Shown piece by piece: positions 23,315-37,529 of a DNA stretch of 64,000 nt. This DNA comes from Hypanus sabinus (taxonomy: Eukaryota), in the NCBI RefSeq assembly GCF_030144855.1, contig NC_082710.1, forward strand, positions 171,864,001 to 171,928,000, in the 5' to 3' direction. The position numbers were made by a program, and so were the translations under genes. Each line of letters starts with the position of its first letter. Within the stretch, counting starts at the first letter, position 1. The notes below the pieces were generated by a model. It was not told the origin of the DNA. It saw only the letters and a program-made list of their open reading frames with translations, and did not search any database.

Positions 23315-26300
23315 TGTCATGGTCCGTGTAGGGACCAATGACGTGGATAGGAGGAAGGAGGAGGTCCTGCAAAGAAGAGTTTAGGGAGTTAGGTGCAAAG
23401 TTGAAGGACAGGACATCCAGGGTTGTTACCCGTGCCACCTGATAGTGAGGCTAGAAATAGGAAGATAATGCAGCTAAATACGTGTCTAAGGAGTTGTTGT
23501 AGGAAGGAGGCCTTCATGTTTCTGGACAATTGGGCCTTGCTCCAGGGAAGGTGGGACCTGTTCCGACGGGACGAGTTGCACCTAAACTGGTGGGGAATAA
23601 TATCCTTGCTGGAAGGGTTTCTAGAGCTTCTCCGGGGGGGGGGGGGTGTTTAAACTAGATTTGCAGGGGGAGAGGAACCAGAGTGTTGGAACAGATAGTG
23701 AGGTGGAGGAGGATAAAGGTCACGCGAGAACTGCAAGTGTAGTGTATGGAGTAAAGTCAGATCTAACGTATAAAGAGGATTGAGGAAAGAGAAGCAGAAT
23801 GAAGGGTGTAAAGGTAATAAGGCAGAAGGGCTAAAGTGCGTTTACTTCAATGCAAGAAGCATCATGAAGAAAGGTGATGAACTGAGAGCTTGGATACAAA
23901 CATGGAATTATGATGTAGTTGCCACTGCAGAGACTTGACTGGGACCAGGGCAGGAATGGATTCTCAATATTCCTGGACTTCAGTGTTTAAAAAGGGATAG
24001 AGTGGGGGGGGGGGGAGGGAAGGAGGGTTGGCCTTACTGTTCAGGGATACTATTACAGCTACAGAAAGAGTGGATAACGTAGCAGGATCCTCTTTTGAGT
24101 CCATATGAGTGGACGTCAGGAACAGAAAGGGAACAGTTACCCTATTAGGCCCCCTGCTATCAGCAGAGATACCGAGGAGCAGATTGGCAGGCAAACTTTT
24201 GGAAAGGTGCAAAAATAACAGGGTTGTTATCACGGTTGACATTAACTTCCCTAATATTGATTGGCATCTGATTAGCTGCAGTGGTTTAGATGGGGCAGAG
24301 TTTGTCAAGTGTGTCCAGGACGGATTCCTGTCACAGAATGTTGACAGGCTGACTAGGGGGAATGCCACACTAGATCCAGTATTAGGTAACGAACTGGGCC
24401 AGGTCACAGAACTCTCAGTGGTTGAGCATCTGAGGGACAGTCACCACAGCTCCATGGCCTTTAGCATTATCATGGAGAAGGATAGAATGAGAAAGGACAG
24501 GAAAATTTTTAATTGAGGAAGGGCAAATTATGAGGCTATAAGGCTAGAATTTGGGGGTGTGAATTGGGATGATGTTTTTGTAGGGAAATTACTATGGACA
24601 TGTGGTCGATGTTTAGGGATATCTTGTAGGATGTTAGGGATAAATTTGTCCCGGTGAGGAAGATGAAGAATGGTAGGGTGAAGGAAGCATGGTTGACAAG
24701 TGCGGTGGAAAATCTAGTCAGGTGGAAGAAGGCAGCATACATGAGGTTTAGGAAGCGAGGATCAGATGGGTCTATTGAGGAATATTGGATAGCAAGAAAG
24801 GAGCTTAAGAAGGGGCTGAGGAGAGCAAAAAGGGGCATGAGAAGGCCTTGGCGGGTAGGGTAAAGGAAAATTCCAAGGCATTCTTCAATTATGTGAAGGA
24901 GAAAAGGATGACAGGAGTGAAGATAGGAACGATTACAGATAAAGGTGGGAAGATGTGCCTGGAGGCTGTGAAAGCGAGTGAGGTTCATCAATACTTCTCT
25001 TCGGTATTCACCAATGAGAGGGAACTTGATGACGGTGAGGACAAAACGAGTGAGGTTGAAGTTCTGGAGCTTGTTGATATTAAGGGAGAGGAGGTGTTGG
25101 AGTTATGAAAATACATTAGGACCGATAAGTCCCGGAGCCTGACGGGCTATACCCCAGGCTGCTCCGCGAGAAGCGGGAAGAGATTGCTGAGCCTCTGGCT
25201 AGGATCTTTATGTCCTCGTTGTCCACGGGAATGGTACTGGAAGTTTGGAGGGAGGCGAATGTTGTCTCCTTGTTCAAAAAAGGTAGTAGGGATAGTCCGG
25301 GTAATTATAGACCAGTGAGCCTTACGTCTGTGGTGGGAAAGCTGTTGGAAAAGATTCTTAGAAATAGGATTTATGGGAATTTATAGAATCATGGTCTGAT
25401 CAGGGACAGTCAGCATGGCTTTGTGAAGGGCAGATAATCTCTTACAAGCCTGTGAGAGTTCATTGAGGAGGTGGCCAGGCATATAGACAATAGACAATAG
25501 ACAATAGGTGCAGAAGTAGACCATTCGGCCCTTCGAGCCTGCACCGCCATTTTGAGATCATGGCTGATCATCTACTATCAATATCCGGTTCCTGCCTTGT
25601 ACACATATCCCTTGATTCCCCTATCCATAAGATACCTATCTAGCTCCTACTTGAAAGCATCCAGAGAATTGGCCTCCACTGCTTTCCGAGGCAGTACATT
25701 CCAGAACCCCACAACTCCCTGGGAGAAGAAGTTTTTCCTTAACTCTGTCCTAAATGACCTACCCCTTATTCTCAAACGATGCCCTCTGGTACGGGACTCT
25801 CCCAGCATCTGGAACATATTTCCTGCCTCTATCTTGTCCTTAATAATCTTATATGTTGCAATCAGATCCCCTCTCAATCTCCTTAATTCCAGCGAGTACA
25901 AGCCCAGTCTCTCTGATCTCTCTGCGTAAGACAGTCCTGACATCCCAGGAATTAACCTTGTGAATCTACGCTGCACTTCCTCTACAGCCAGGATGTCCTT
26001 CCTTAACCCTGGAGACCAAAACTGTACACAATACTCCAGGTGTGGTCTCACCAGGGCCCTGTACAAATGCAAGAGGATTTCCTTGCTGTTGTCCTCAATT
26101 CCCTTTGTAATAAAGTCGAACATTCCATTAGCCTTCTTCACTGCCTGCTGCACTTGCTCATTCACCTTCAATGACTGATGAACAACGACTCCTAGATCTC
26201 TTTGTATTTCTCCCTTACCTAACTTTACACCGTTCAGATAATAATCTGCCTTCCTGTTCTTACTCCCAAGGTGGATAACCTCACACTTGTTCACATTAAA

Positions 26301-28240
26301 CGTCATCTGCCAAGTATCTGCCCACTCACCCAGCCTATCCAAGTCACCCTGAATTCTCCTAACATCCTCATCACATGTCACACTGCCACCCAGCTTAATA
26401 TCATCAGCAAATATACTGATGTTATTCTCAATGCCTTCATCTAAGTCGTTGACGTAAATCATAAACAGCTGTGGTCCCAATACCGAGCTCTGTGGTACCC
26501 CACTAGTCAGCACCTGCCATTCTGAGAAACACCCATTCACCGCTAAACTTTGCTTTCTATCTGCCAACCAGTTTTCTATCCACGTCAATGTCTTCCCTCC
26601 AATGCCATGAGCTTTGATTTTACCCACCAATCTCCTATGTGGGACCTTATCAAATGCCTTCTGAAAATCGAGGTACACTACAACCACTGGATCTCCCTTG
26701 TCTAACTTCCTGGTTACATCCTCGAAAAACTCCAATTGATTAATCAAGCATGATTTACCCTTGGTAAGTCCATGCTGGCTCGGACCAATCCTATCACTGC
26801 TATCTAGATATGCCACTATTTCATCTTTAATGGACTCTAGCATCTTCCCCACTACTGATGTTAGGCTGACAGGTCGATAGTTCTCTGTTTTCTACCTCCC
26901 TCCTTTCTTAAAAAGTGGGATAACATTAGCCATTCTCCAATCCTCAGGATCTGATCCTGAATCTAAGGAACATTGGAAAATGATTACCAATACATCCGCA
27001 ATTCCCAGGGCCACGTCCTTTAGTACTCTGGGATGCAGACCATCTGGACCTGGGGATTTGTCAGCCTTCAGTCCCATCAGCCTACTCATCACCGTTTCCT
27101 TCCTAATGTCAATCTGTTTAATTTCCTCTGTTACCCTATGTCCTTGGCCCATCCATACATCTGGGAGATTGCTTGTGTCTTCCTTAGTGAAGACAGATCT
27201 AAAGTACTTATTAAGTTCTTCTGCCATTTCTCTGTTTCCCATAACAATTTAACCCAATTCATTCTTCAAGGGCCCAACATTATTCTAAACTATCTTCTTT
27301 CTCTTCACATACCTTCACATATAGATGGGGTAGTGCAGTGAATGTGATCTACATGGATTTTAGTAAAGGTTGGTGGTGTTGTAGATAGTGTAGAGGATTG
27401 ACGAAGATTGCAGAGAGACATTGATATGATGCAGGAGTGGGCTGAGAAGTGGCAGATGGAGTTCAACCTGGAGAAGTGTGATGTGGTATGCTTTGGAAGG
27501 ACAAACTCCAAGGCAGAGTACAAAGTAAATGGCAGGATACTTGGTAGTGTGGAGGAGCAGAGGGATCTGGGGGTACATGACCACAGATCCCTGAAAGTTG
27601 CCTCAGAAGTAGATAGGGTAGTTAAGAAAGCTTATGGAGTGTTAACTTTCCTAAGTCGAGGGCTACAGTTTACGAGTCGCGAGGTAATGATGGAGCTCTG
27701 TAAAACTCTGGTTAGGCCACACTTGGAGTATTGTGTCCAATTCAGGTCGCCTCACTATAGGAAGGATGTGGAAACATTGGAAAGGGTATAGAGGAGATTT
27801 ACCAGGATGCTTCCTGGTATGCATTATGATCAGAGATTAAGGGTGCTTGGGCTTTACTCTTTGGAGGGAAGGAGGATGAGAGGAAACATGATAGAGATAT
27901 ACAAGATATTAAGAGAAATAAATAGAGTGGACAGCCAACGCCTCTTCCCCAGGGCACCACTGCTCAATACAAGAGGACATGGCTTTAAGGTAAGGGGTGG
28001 GAAGTTCAAGGGGGATGTTAGAGGAAGATTTTGTACTCAGAGGGTAGTTGGTGCGTGGAATGCACTGCCTGAGTCAGTGTGGAAGCAGACAGACTAATGA
28101 TATTTAAGAGACTCCTAGACAGATATATGGAGGAATTTAAGGTGGGGGATATAGGTGTGGGAGGGTTTAAGGGTCAGCGTAACATTGTGGGCCGAAGGGC
28201 CTGTACTGTGCTGTATTATTCTATGTTCTATGTTCTAATA
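23315..28240 (+). mobile_element. Long decayed CR1 (ORF1 SGNH-esterase part, APE endonuclease, RT, 3' tail), interrupted at 25488-27317
   Basis: VGTND and RNRKIMQLNT (esterase), YFNARSI and DINFPNIDW (APE), RT motifs, (TTCTATG)n tail. Confidence 0.92.
25488..27317 (-). mobile_element. Young 5'-truncated CR1 with a 401-aa open RT segment; 8-bp TSD CATATAGA
   Basis: ORF 25647..26852 (FADDIKLG), (ATAGACA)n tail, TSD at 25480-25487 and 27318-27325. Confidence 0.95.
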
Positions 28241-28244
28241 GCCA

Positions 28245-28930
28245 CGCACAAAGACTGTCAAGCAATGAAAGTGCAACAGAAGACAAACTGTGCAAATACA
28301 AAAAAAACTAATTAATAATAAGTAAGTAAATCAATAATATGGAGAACGTGTGATTGAAAGTGTAGCCATATATAACCATGAGATTAATTTTCTGGTGTGT
28401 ATACTTAATAAATAACATGATGAATAATAATTGTAATAGAATTAGCGAAAGGCCCCAAAAAATTGGGCTTTCAACCAGTGTGAAAAAGACAACAAATGGT
28501 GCAAATGCAAAATAAAAGAAAGAAATAATAATAATAATAATAACAATTAAAATAATCATAAATAAGCAATAAATATCGAGACCCTTGAAGTGAGTAGATA
28601 GGTTGTGAGAAGTTTTCAATGATGGGGCAAGTAAAGTTGAGTGAAGCTATCCACTTTGGTTCAAGAGCCAGAAGGATAACTGGTTGCAGAGCATAGTGTA
28701 GTGAGTCCTGAGGCTCACGTACCTCCTTCCTGATGGCAGCAGGGAGAAGAAACCATAACCTGGACAGCTTGGGTCCTTGATGGTGGATGCTGCTTTCCTG
28801 CGACAAAGCACAAATTATTCTAGGATTTTTAAGGGCGTTGAAGGGCATTGGTGTTTCCATATCAGACAGTGATACAGCCAGTCAATATACTCTCCACTAC
28901 ACACCTATAGAACTTTTTCAAATGATTAAA
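28245..28930 (-). mobile_element. Rex1/Babar LINE 3' fragment with a duplicated tail region
   Basis: Minus strand encodes FYRCVVESILTGCITV and the SLLPSGRRY..LRTH C-terminal motif, with frameshifts. Confidence 0.75.
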
Positions 28931-29035
28931 TGTTATGAATGTAAGAATGTAAAAAAAAGTTTGAAATCTTCAGTATTGAGAGTAATATTGATAATTATCA
29001 AGGGAGTACATAGTTCAGATAGAACGTACCTTTAA

Positions 29036-31660
29036 TATGTCAGATTATTATCTGAATGGTGAACGATTAGGAAAAGGGGAGGTGCAACGAGATCTGAGTG
29101 TCATTGTACAACAGTCATTGAAGGTGGGCATGCAGGTACAGCAGGCGGTGAAAAAGGCAAATGGTATGTTGGCATTCATAGCAAGAGGATTCGCGAACTG
29201 GAGCAGGGAGGTTCTACTGCAGTTGTACAAGGCCTTGGTGAGATCACACCTGAAATATTGTGTACAGTTTTGGTCCCCTAATCCGTGGAAAGACATTCTT
29301 GCCACAGAGGGAGTACAACGAAGATTCGCCAGATTGATTCCTGGGATGGCAGGACTTTCATATGAAGAAAGACTGGATAGACTAGGCTTATCAAAACACA
29401 AAAATACATCTGCAGATGCTGTGAATCAAAGAATACGTACACAACGCTGGAAGAACTCAGCAGGCCAGGCAGCATCCTTGAGAAAAGAGTAGCCAACGTT
29501 TTGGGCCGAGACCCTTCATCAGGAATGGGGGGGGGGAAGAGAGGGCCGAAACCCAGTAATAGAGATAGGGGAGGGGATAGGGCCTAGAGTTGCCAGGTGG
29601 AAAACCAATCAGAGGAAATATAAAGGGGGAGGCGGAGGGGATAAGCATGAAAGAACTGTAGAGATAAAGAAGCAGAAAGTTGATAGGGGAGAGAGGCAGA
29701 GAGGGACCTAGGATAGAGGAAGGTGGGGGGGGGGGTGATGGAATTACCGGAAATTGGAGAAATCAATGTTCATCTCACCAGACTGGAGGCTACCTAGACG
29801 GTAGATGAGGTGTTGCTCCTCCAACCTGAGTTTGGCCTCATTCATGAAGGCCATGAATGGACATATCTAGATGGGAATGAGAGGCAGAATTGAAGTGGGT
29901 GGCAACCGGGAGGTCCTGTCTATTGTGACGGACGGAGCGTAGGTGCTTGACGAAGCGGTCCCTCAATCTGTGTCGGGTCTCGCCAATGTAGAGGCGGCCG
30001 CACCGGGAGCACCGGATGCAATAGACAACTCCAGCAGACTCACAGTGAAGTGTTGTCTCACCTGGAAGGACTGTCTGGGGCCCGGAATGGTGGTAAGGAG
30101 AGAGGTGTGGGGACAGGTGTAGCATTTGCGCTTGCAGGGATAAGTGCCAGGTGGGAGTTCCGTGGGGAGGGACGTGTGGACCAGGTAGTCGCGGAGGGAA
30201 CGATCCCTGCGAAAAGCTGAGAGGGGTAGGGAGGGAAAGATGTGCTTGGTGGTGGGGTCCTGTTGAAGGTGGCGGAGGTTGTGGAGGATAATATGCTGGA
30301 TCCGGAGGCTGGCGGGGTGGTTGGTGAGGACAAGGGGAACCCTGTCCATGTTGTGGTGACGGGAGGATGGATTAAGGGCTGAAGTGCGGGAAGTGGAGGA
30401 GATGCGGGTGAGGGCATCTTTCATGACGCCACAAGGGAAACCACGATCCTGAAAGAAAGAGTACATTTGGGAAGTCCTGGAACTGAAAGCCTCATCTTGC
30501 AAGCAGATGCGGCGGAGACGGAGGAACTGGGAATAGTAAATTGCATTATTGTATTGGGCCGGGTGGGAAGAGGTATAGTCAAGATAGTTATGGGAGTCAG
30601 TGGGTTTATAGAAGATGTCAGTGGATAGTCTGTCTCCAGAGATGGAGACCGAGAGATCAAGAAAGGGGAGAGAAGTGTCCGAGATGAACCAAGTGAATTT
30701 AAGGGCTGGGTGAAAGTTAGAGGCAAAGTTGATGAGATTGACGAGCTCAGCATGGGTGCAGGAAGCAGCACCAATGTAGTCGTCAATGTAGCGGAGGAAA
30801 AGTTGGGGAGTGGTGCCAGTATAGATTTGGAGCATATAACTGTTCCACATAACCCACAAAGAGGCAGACATAGCTGGGGCCCATGCGAGTGCCCATGGCT
30901 ACGGCCTTGATCTGGAGAAAGTGGGAAGAACCAAAGGAGAAGTTATTGAGAGTTAGAACCAGCTCCGCCAACCGGAGGAGTGTGGTGGTGCTGGGGAACT
31001 GGTGGGGTCTGTTATCCAAAAAGTAGCAGAGGGCTTTCAGGCCCTCTTGATAGGGATGGAGGTGTATAAGGAGTGAACATCCATGGTAAAAATGAAGCTG
31101 TCGGGGCCGGGGAATTGGAAGTTATTGAAGGGGTGAAGAGCATGAGATGCATTCTGGATGTAGGTGGGGAGAGACTGAACTATGGAGGATAAAATGGAGT
31201 CCAGGTAGGCAGACACAAGACTAGGCTTATACTAGCTGGAATTTAGAAGATTGAGGGGGGATCTTATTGAAACGTATAAAGTTCTAAAGGGATTGGATAG
31301 GCTAGATGCAGGAGGATTGTTTCCGATGTTGGAGGAGTTGTCACCCCTCCAGAACGAGGGATCACAGTTTAAGGATAAAGGGGAAGCCTTTTAGGACCGA
31401 AATGAGGAAAAACTTCTTCACACAGATAGTGGTGAATCTATGGAATTCTCTGCCACAGGAAACAGTTGAGTCCATTTCATTGGCTATATTTAAGAGCGAG
31501 TTAGATATGGCCCTTGTGGCTAAAGGGATCAGGGGGTATGGAGAGAAAGCAGGTACAGGGATCTGAGTTGGATGATCAGCCATGATCAAACTGAATGGCG
31601 GTGCAGGCTCGAAGGGCCGAATAGGTTACTCCTGCACCTATTTCCAATGTTTCTATGTAT
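29036..31660 (+). mobile_element. CR1 3' half split by a Penelope insertion
   Basis: ORFs 29037..29492 and 31306..31566 are continuous across the insertion. Confidence 0.9.
29392..31217 (-). mobile_element. Penelope-like element (RT + GIY-YIG endonuclease, frameshifted), 13-bp TSD AGACTAGGCTTAT
   Basis: AMGTRMGPSY, FLRYIDD, LPFLD, YKPTDSHNYL and VVYCIRC..C..LYIGET motifs. TSD at 29379-29391 and 31218-31230. The tail has a mutated hammerhead (GAAA to AAAA) at ~29492-29525. Confidence 0.95.
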
Positions 31661-32049
31661 TTCACATATGACGTAGTAGGGACCCGGACCTCATTAGCTG
31701 AGTAAATACTGGAGGTAGCATTCCTTGCGAAATTTAAAACTCGTCGAGGTGTGCATGTTAACCTCTGTGAACTAAGAGTTTGCCGATCTGCTACCGATTG
31801 GGGATTGGGTTGTACAGATTTATTTTACCCATCGTCTAGGATGCCTTTTTTTGTGCCATAGTTGTCCTAATGCTGTTTCAACACTTTGTCTGCTTGTTGT
31901 CTGAGTAATTCCAGCATTTTCAACCATCTTATTCTTTAATTTGCTTCTGGTTGTATGTGTCTGGTTCCGCCAGTTTCCTGGGGACAGATTGTTTAAAAAC
32001 AAGACCTTCTCGGGCATTCGGGCATAGCATTAAATCAGTCAAAAGATGT

Positions 32050-34990
32050 GACAGGGGATTGGAAGATATTAAATCCCTCTGGGTTGTGGAAAGAAACTTC
32101 AAGGGTACAAGGACCTAATGACAGTTATATACAGGATTCCTTAATATAGTTGGGAAGTGGACCACAGATTACAACGGGAAATAGAAAAGGCGTGTCAAAA
32201 GTGCAATGCTATGATGTCATGGGAAAATGTCATCAGGCAGGTCGATTGGGAAAATCAAGCTGGTAATGGATCTCAAGTGCATGAGTTTTTTGAATGTCCC
32301 TACACCTACTCTGCTTCACCATTTCCTATCTCTTTTCCTTCTCCCTCCTTATCTGCTTATCTGCCCATCGACTCCCTCTGGTGCTCCTCCTCCTCCTTTT
32401 TCTTTCTTCCATGGACTTCTGTCTCTTTCACTAATTTGCTTCCCAGCTTCATCCTTCCTCCTTTAGATTTCACCTATCACCTTGTGTTTCACTCTCCTCT
32501 GCCCAACTTTTAAATCTACTCCTCGCCCGAAAGGTCGACTGTACTCTTTTCCTAGATACTGCCTGGCCTGCTGAGTTCTCCAGCATTTTGTTTTTTTGCT
32601 AGGAATTCCAGCATCTGCAGATTTTCTCTTATTTTGAAAGCTCCTACGATATGGCTTTTTACTGCAGTTTGTTGTTGAGGCGATTAGGGGAATCAGCTAT
32701 ATTGGATTGGCATTATGTAATGAACCAGATGTGATTATGGAGGTTAAGGTAAAAGAATCCTTAGGAGATAGCGATGAAAATATGATTGGGTTCTATTTGA
32801 AATTTGATCGGGAGAACGATGTATGCCCTTGACAAATACTGAAGTGGCAGTATTTCAGTGGAGTAAAGGATATTACACTGGTATGAGAAAGGAGTTGACC
32901 ATAATAAATTGTAAGGAGATGCTTGCAGGGATGACAGTGGAGCAGCAATCGTTTCAGTTCCTGGGGAAAAAAGGAAAGTGCAGGATAAATATATTCCCAA
33001 AGACATACACAAATAGCTGAATAGTAGAAACGTGGCTGACAAAGGTAATGTAAAAGCAAAAGAGAGGGCATAGAACAAAACAAGAATTAGTGGCAAGATA
33101 GAGGATTAGGAAGGTTTTAAAAACCTACTGAGAACAACTAAAAGAATCATTAGGAGGGTAAAGATGAAATATGAAACGAAGCTTAAAACAATATCAAAGT
33201 GGATGGTAAAAGCTCTTTCAAGAATGTAAAAAGCAAAAGAGAGTTGAGAGTGGATTGTAGTGCTAGAAAATGAGAAATAATAACGGGGGACTTGGAGATA
33301 GCAGATGAACTAAATAAGTATCTTGCTCTGGTCCTCACTTTGGAAGACACTAGCAGCGTGTCAGATGTTGAAGAGGGTGAGGGAAGAGAAGTGAGTCCAG
33401 TTACTATTACAAGGGCGAATGTGCTCAAAATTCGTAAAGAACTAGAGGTAGTAATATCTGGATTGTTGCCTGTACCATGCGGATAAAAACAGGACGGTTT
33501 GGCAGATTAATGTGTGACTAAGAAGCTGGCGCAAGGGACAGGGCATTGGGATCTGTTTTGGGGGAGGTATGGCCTGTTAAAAAGAGACGGGTTCCACCGG
33601 AACCAGAAAGGATCCAAAATTATCGCGGGCAGGTTTGTTAGAGCTGTTGGGGAATGTATGTACTAATTTGGCAGGGGTGGGAAACGGAGTTAAGGGACTC
33701 TGTGTAGAACTGATGGTAAAAAAAATGCAAAAATAGTGTACAGTCAGACTGGCAGGAAGTCAGAAAATGATAGAACAAAATTGTAGACAGCAGGGTGATT
33801 ATCATTGCTTTAGGGATGCAGAGTTTAAAAGGGTAGCAACTTCTGTACTCAAGGTATTATATCTCAATGCACGGAGTATGGGAAATAAGAGGATGATCTT
33901 GTTGCAATATTACAGATTGGAAGGTACGATGTTGTGGCCATCATTGAATTGTGGCTGAAGGATGGTTGTATTTGGGAGCTGAATGCCTAAGGTTAGGCGC
34001 CTTATTGGAGGAATAGGAAGGTAGGCAGAAGGGGTGGCGTGGCTCTGCTGGTAAAGAAATAGGAATAAGTGACATAAGATCGAAGATGTTGAATTCTCTT
34101 GGGTTGAAGACACCCAGAGTAAAAGGTCTTTGATAGTGCATGCGTATATATATATATACCAGCCTCCCAACTGTAGCCAGGATGTGGACCATAGATTTCA
34201 ACGGGCAGTAGAAAAGGCGTATCAGAAAGGAAATATTATGATAGTTATGGGAGATTTCAACAAGCAGCTCAATTGGGAAAATCAGGTTGTTAATGGACTT
34301 CAAGAGAGTGAATTTGTTGAAAGCCTACGAGCTGGCTTTTGAGAGCAGTTTCTCACTGAGCCTGCCAGCGGATAAGATATATTGGATTGGGCAGTATGCA
34401 ATGAAGCGGAAGTGACTAGGGAGCTGAAGGTAAAATAACCCTTTGGAGGTCATGATCACAGAATGATTGAGTTCATCTTGAACTTTGATAAGGAGAAAGT
34501 TTGAGGTCGCAGTATTTCAGTGGAGTAAAGGAATTTACAGTCGTATGAGAGAGGAGCTGGGCAAAGTAACTTGTAAGGAGCTGCTGATAAGGTACACAGC
34601 AGAACAGCAATTAAGTGAGCTTCTGGGAAAAATGAAGAAGTTATGGGATGGATGTATTCCGAAAACAAAGAAATACTCAAAAGACAAAATCATGCAACCA
34701 TGGCTGAAAAGCGAAGTCAAAGCTAATGTAAAAAGAAACAACAGGGCATACAACGACGCAAAAATTTGTTGTAAGACAGAGGACTGGGACGCTTTTAAAA
34801 TCCTACGGAGAGCAACTACAAAAATCATTAGGAGGAAAAAAGATGAAATATGAAAGCAAGATAGCAAACAACATTAAAGTGGATAGTGAATGCTCTTTGA
34901 AGAATGTATAAAATAAAAGAGAGATGAGAATGGAATTTACCGCTAGAAAATGAGCCCGGAGATATAATAATGAGGGACAAGGAAATGACA
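32050..34990 (+). mobile_element. Several decayed CR1 APE/linker fragments plus a Penelope tail (~32300-32630)
   Basis: YLNARS, IYQPPN and VMGDFN motifs. Confidence 0.85.
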
Positions 34991-37520
34991 TGTGAAGTAA
35001 ATTTGTGGAGCAAATTTGTAAGGAGATAGCAGATATTTGTAGTGAGCACGGGGTTGTGATTGTGGGAGATTTTAATTTTCCACACATAGACTGGGAAGCC
35101 ATTTCTGTAAAAGGGCTGGATGGTTTGGAGTTCGTAAAATGTGTGCAGGATAGTTTTTTGCTGCAATACATAGAGGTACCAACTAGAGAAGAGGTAGTAT
35201 TGGATCTCCCGTTAAGGAATGAGATAGGCCAGGTGACCGAGGTATGTGTTGGGGAGCACCTCTGGTGCAGTGATCACAATGCCATTAGTTTCAATATAAT
35301 TATGGAGAAGGATAGATCTGGACTCAGGGTTGAGATTTTTGATTGGAGAAGGGCTAACTTTGAGGAGATGCGAAAGGTTATAGAAGGAGTGGATTGGGAC
35401 AAATTGTTTTATGGGAAGGAAGTAATAGAGAAATGGAGGTCATTTAAAGGTGAAATTTTGAGGGTACAGAATCTTTATGTTCCTGTTAGGTTGAAAGCAA
35501 AGGTTAAAAGATTGAGAGAGCCATGTATTTCAAGGGATATTGGAAACTTGGTTCGGAAAAAGAGAGAGATCTACAATAAATATAGGCAGTATGGAGTAAA
35601 TGAGGTGCTTGAGGAATATAAAGATTGTAAAAAGAATCTTAAGAAAGAAATTTGAAAAGCTAAAAGAAGATATGTGATTGCTTTGGCAAGTAAGATGAAA
35701 ATATATCAAAGGGTTTCTAAAGTTATATTAATAGTAAAAGGATAGTGGTGGATAAAATTGGTCCCTTAGAGAATCAGAGTGGACAGCTATGTATGGAACC
35801 AAAAAAGATGTGGGAGATTTTGAACAATTTCTTTTCTTCGGTATTCACTGTGGAGAAGGATATTGAACTGTGTAAGGGAAGCAATTAGGGTAGTTATGGA
35901 AACGATGATGATTTATAAAGAGGAAGTACTGGCTCTTTTAAAGAATATAAAAGTGGAAAAGTCTCCGGGTCCTGACAGGATATCCCTGGGACCTTGAGGG
36001 AAGTTGGTGTCGAAATAGCAGGGGCTCTGACAGAAATATTTCAAATGCTATTGTAGACAGGGATGGTCGCAGAGGTGCATTGCTCATGCGGTTGCATTGT
36101 TTTAAAAGGGTTCTAAGAGTAAACCTAGCAATTATCGGCCTGTAAGTTTGACGTCAGTGGTTGGTAAATTAATGGAAGGTATTCTTAGAGATGGTGTATA
36201 TAATTATCTGACCCTGATTTGGAACAGCCAACATAGATTTGTGGGTGGAAGAACACGTTTGACAAATCTAATTGAATTTTCTGAAGAGGTTACGAGGAAA
36301 TTTGACGAGGGTAAAGCAGTGGATGTTGTCTATATGGACCTCAGTAAGGACTTTGACAAGGTTCCTCACGGAAAGTTAGTTAGGAAGGTTCAATCGTTAG
36401 GTTTTAATTTTGAAGTAGTAAAATGGATTCAACAATGGCTGGATGGGAGATGCCAGAGAGTAGTGGTTGATGACTGTTTCTCAGGTTGGAGTCCGGTGAC
36501 TAGTGGTGTGCCTTAGGGAATTGTACTGGGTCCATTGTTGTTTGTCATGAACATTAATGATCTGGATGATCTGGGTGGTAAATTGGATTAGTAAGTATTC
36601 AGATGATACTAAGATAGGTGGAGTTGTGGATAATGAAGTAGGTCTTCAAACCTTGCAGTGAAATTTAGGCCAGTTAGAAGAATGGGCTGAAAGATGGCAG
36701 ATATAGGTTAATGCTGATAAGTGTGAGGTGCTACATTTTGGCAGGACTAATCAAATTAGGACATACATGGTAAATGGTAGAGCACCGAGGAATGCAGTAG
36801 AACTGAGTGATCTCGGAATAATGGGGCATAGTTCCCTGAAGGTGGAATCTCATGTTGATTGGGTGGTGAAGAAAGCTTTTGGTATGCTGGCCTTTATAAG
36901 TCAGAGTATTGAGTATAGAAGTTGGGAAGTAATGTTAAAATTGTACAAGGCATTGCTGAAGTCAAATTTGGAGCATTGTTTACAGTTCTGGTCACCGAAT
37001 TATAGGGAAGATATCAACAAAATACGGAGAGTACAGAGGAGATTTACTAGAATGTTACCTGGGTTTCAGCAACTAAGTTACAGAGAAAGGTTGAACAAGT
37101 TAGATCTTTATTCTTTGGAGCGTGGAAGGTTGAGCTGGGGGACTGGGGGACTTGATAGAGATAATGAAAATTATGAGCGGGATAGATAGAGTTGACGTGG
37201 ATAGGCTTTTTCCATTGAGAGTAGGAGAGATTCAAACAAGAGGACATAAGTTGAGAGTTAAGGGGCAAACGTTTAAGGGTAACACGAGGGGGAACTTCTT
37301 TACTCAGAGGGTGGTAGCTATGAGGAACGGGCTTCCAGTAGAAGTGGCAGAGGCACGTTCGATATTGTTATTTAAAAAAAATGTATAGGTATATGTATAG
37401 GAAAGGAATGGAGAATTATAGGCTGAGTGCTGGTAGGTGGGACTAGGTGAGAGTGAGCGTTCGGTACGGACGAGAAGGGCCGAGATGGCCTGTTTCCGTG
37501 CTGTAATTGTTATATGGTTA
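34991..37520 (+). mobile_element. CR1 ORF2 copy (APE end to 3' tail), same subfamily as 59470-61570 and 62320-62935
   Basis: ORFs 35005..35655, 36148..36516, 36728..37189 and 37152..37388; tail ctgtaattgttatatggtta. Confidence 0.93.
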
Positions 37521-37529
37521 AAAATGCGT

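Noticed and set aside
25647-26852. 401-aa ORF as a host gene or active RT
   Set aside because: 5'-truncated CR1 fragment with no ORF1 or endonuclease and a frameshift upstream.
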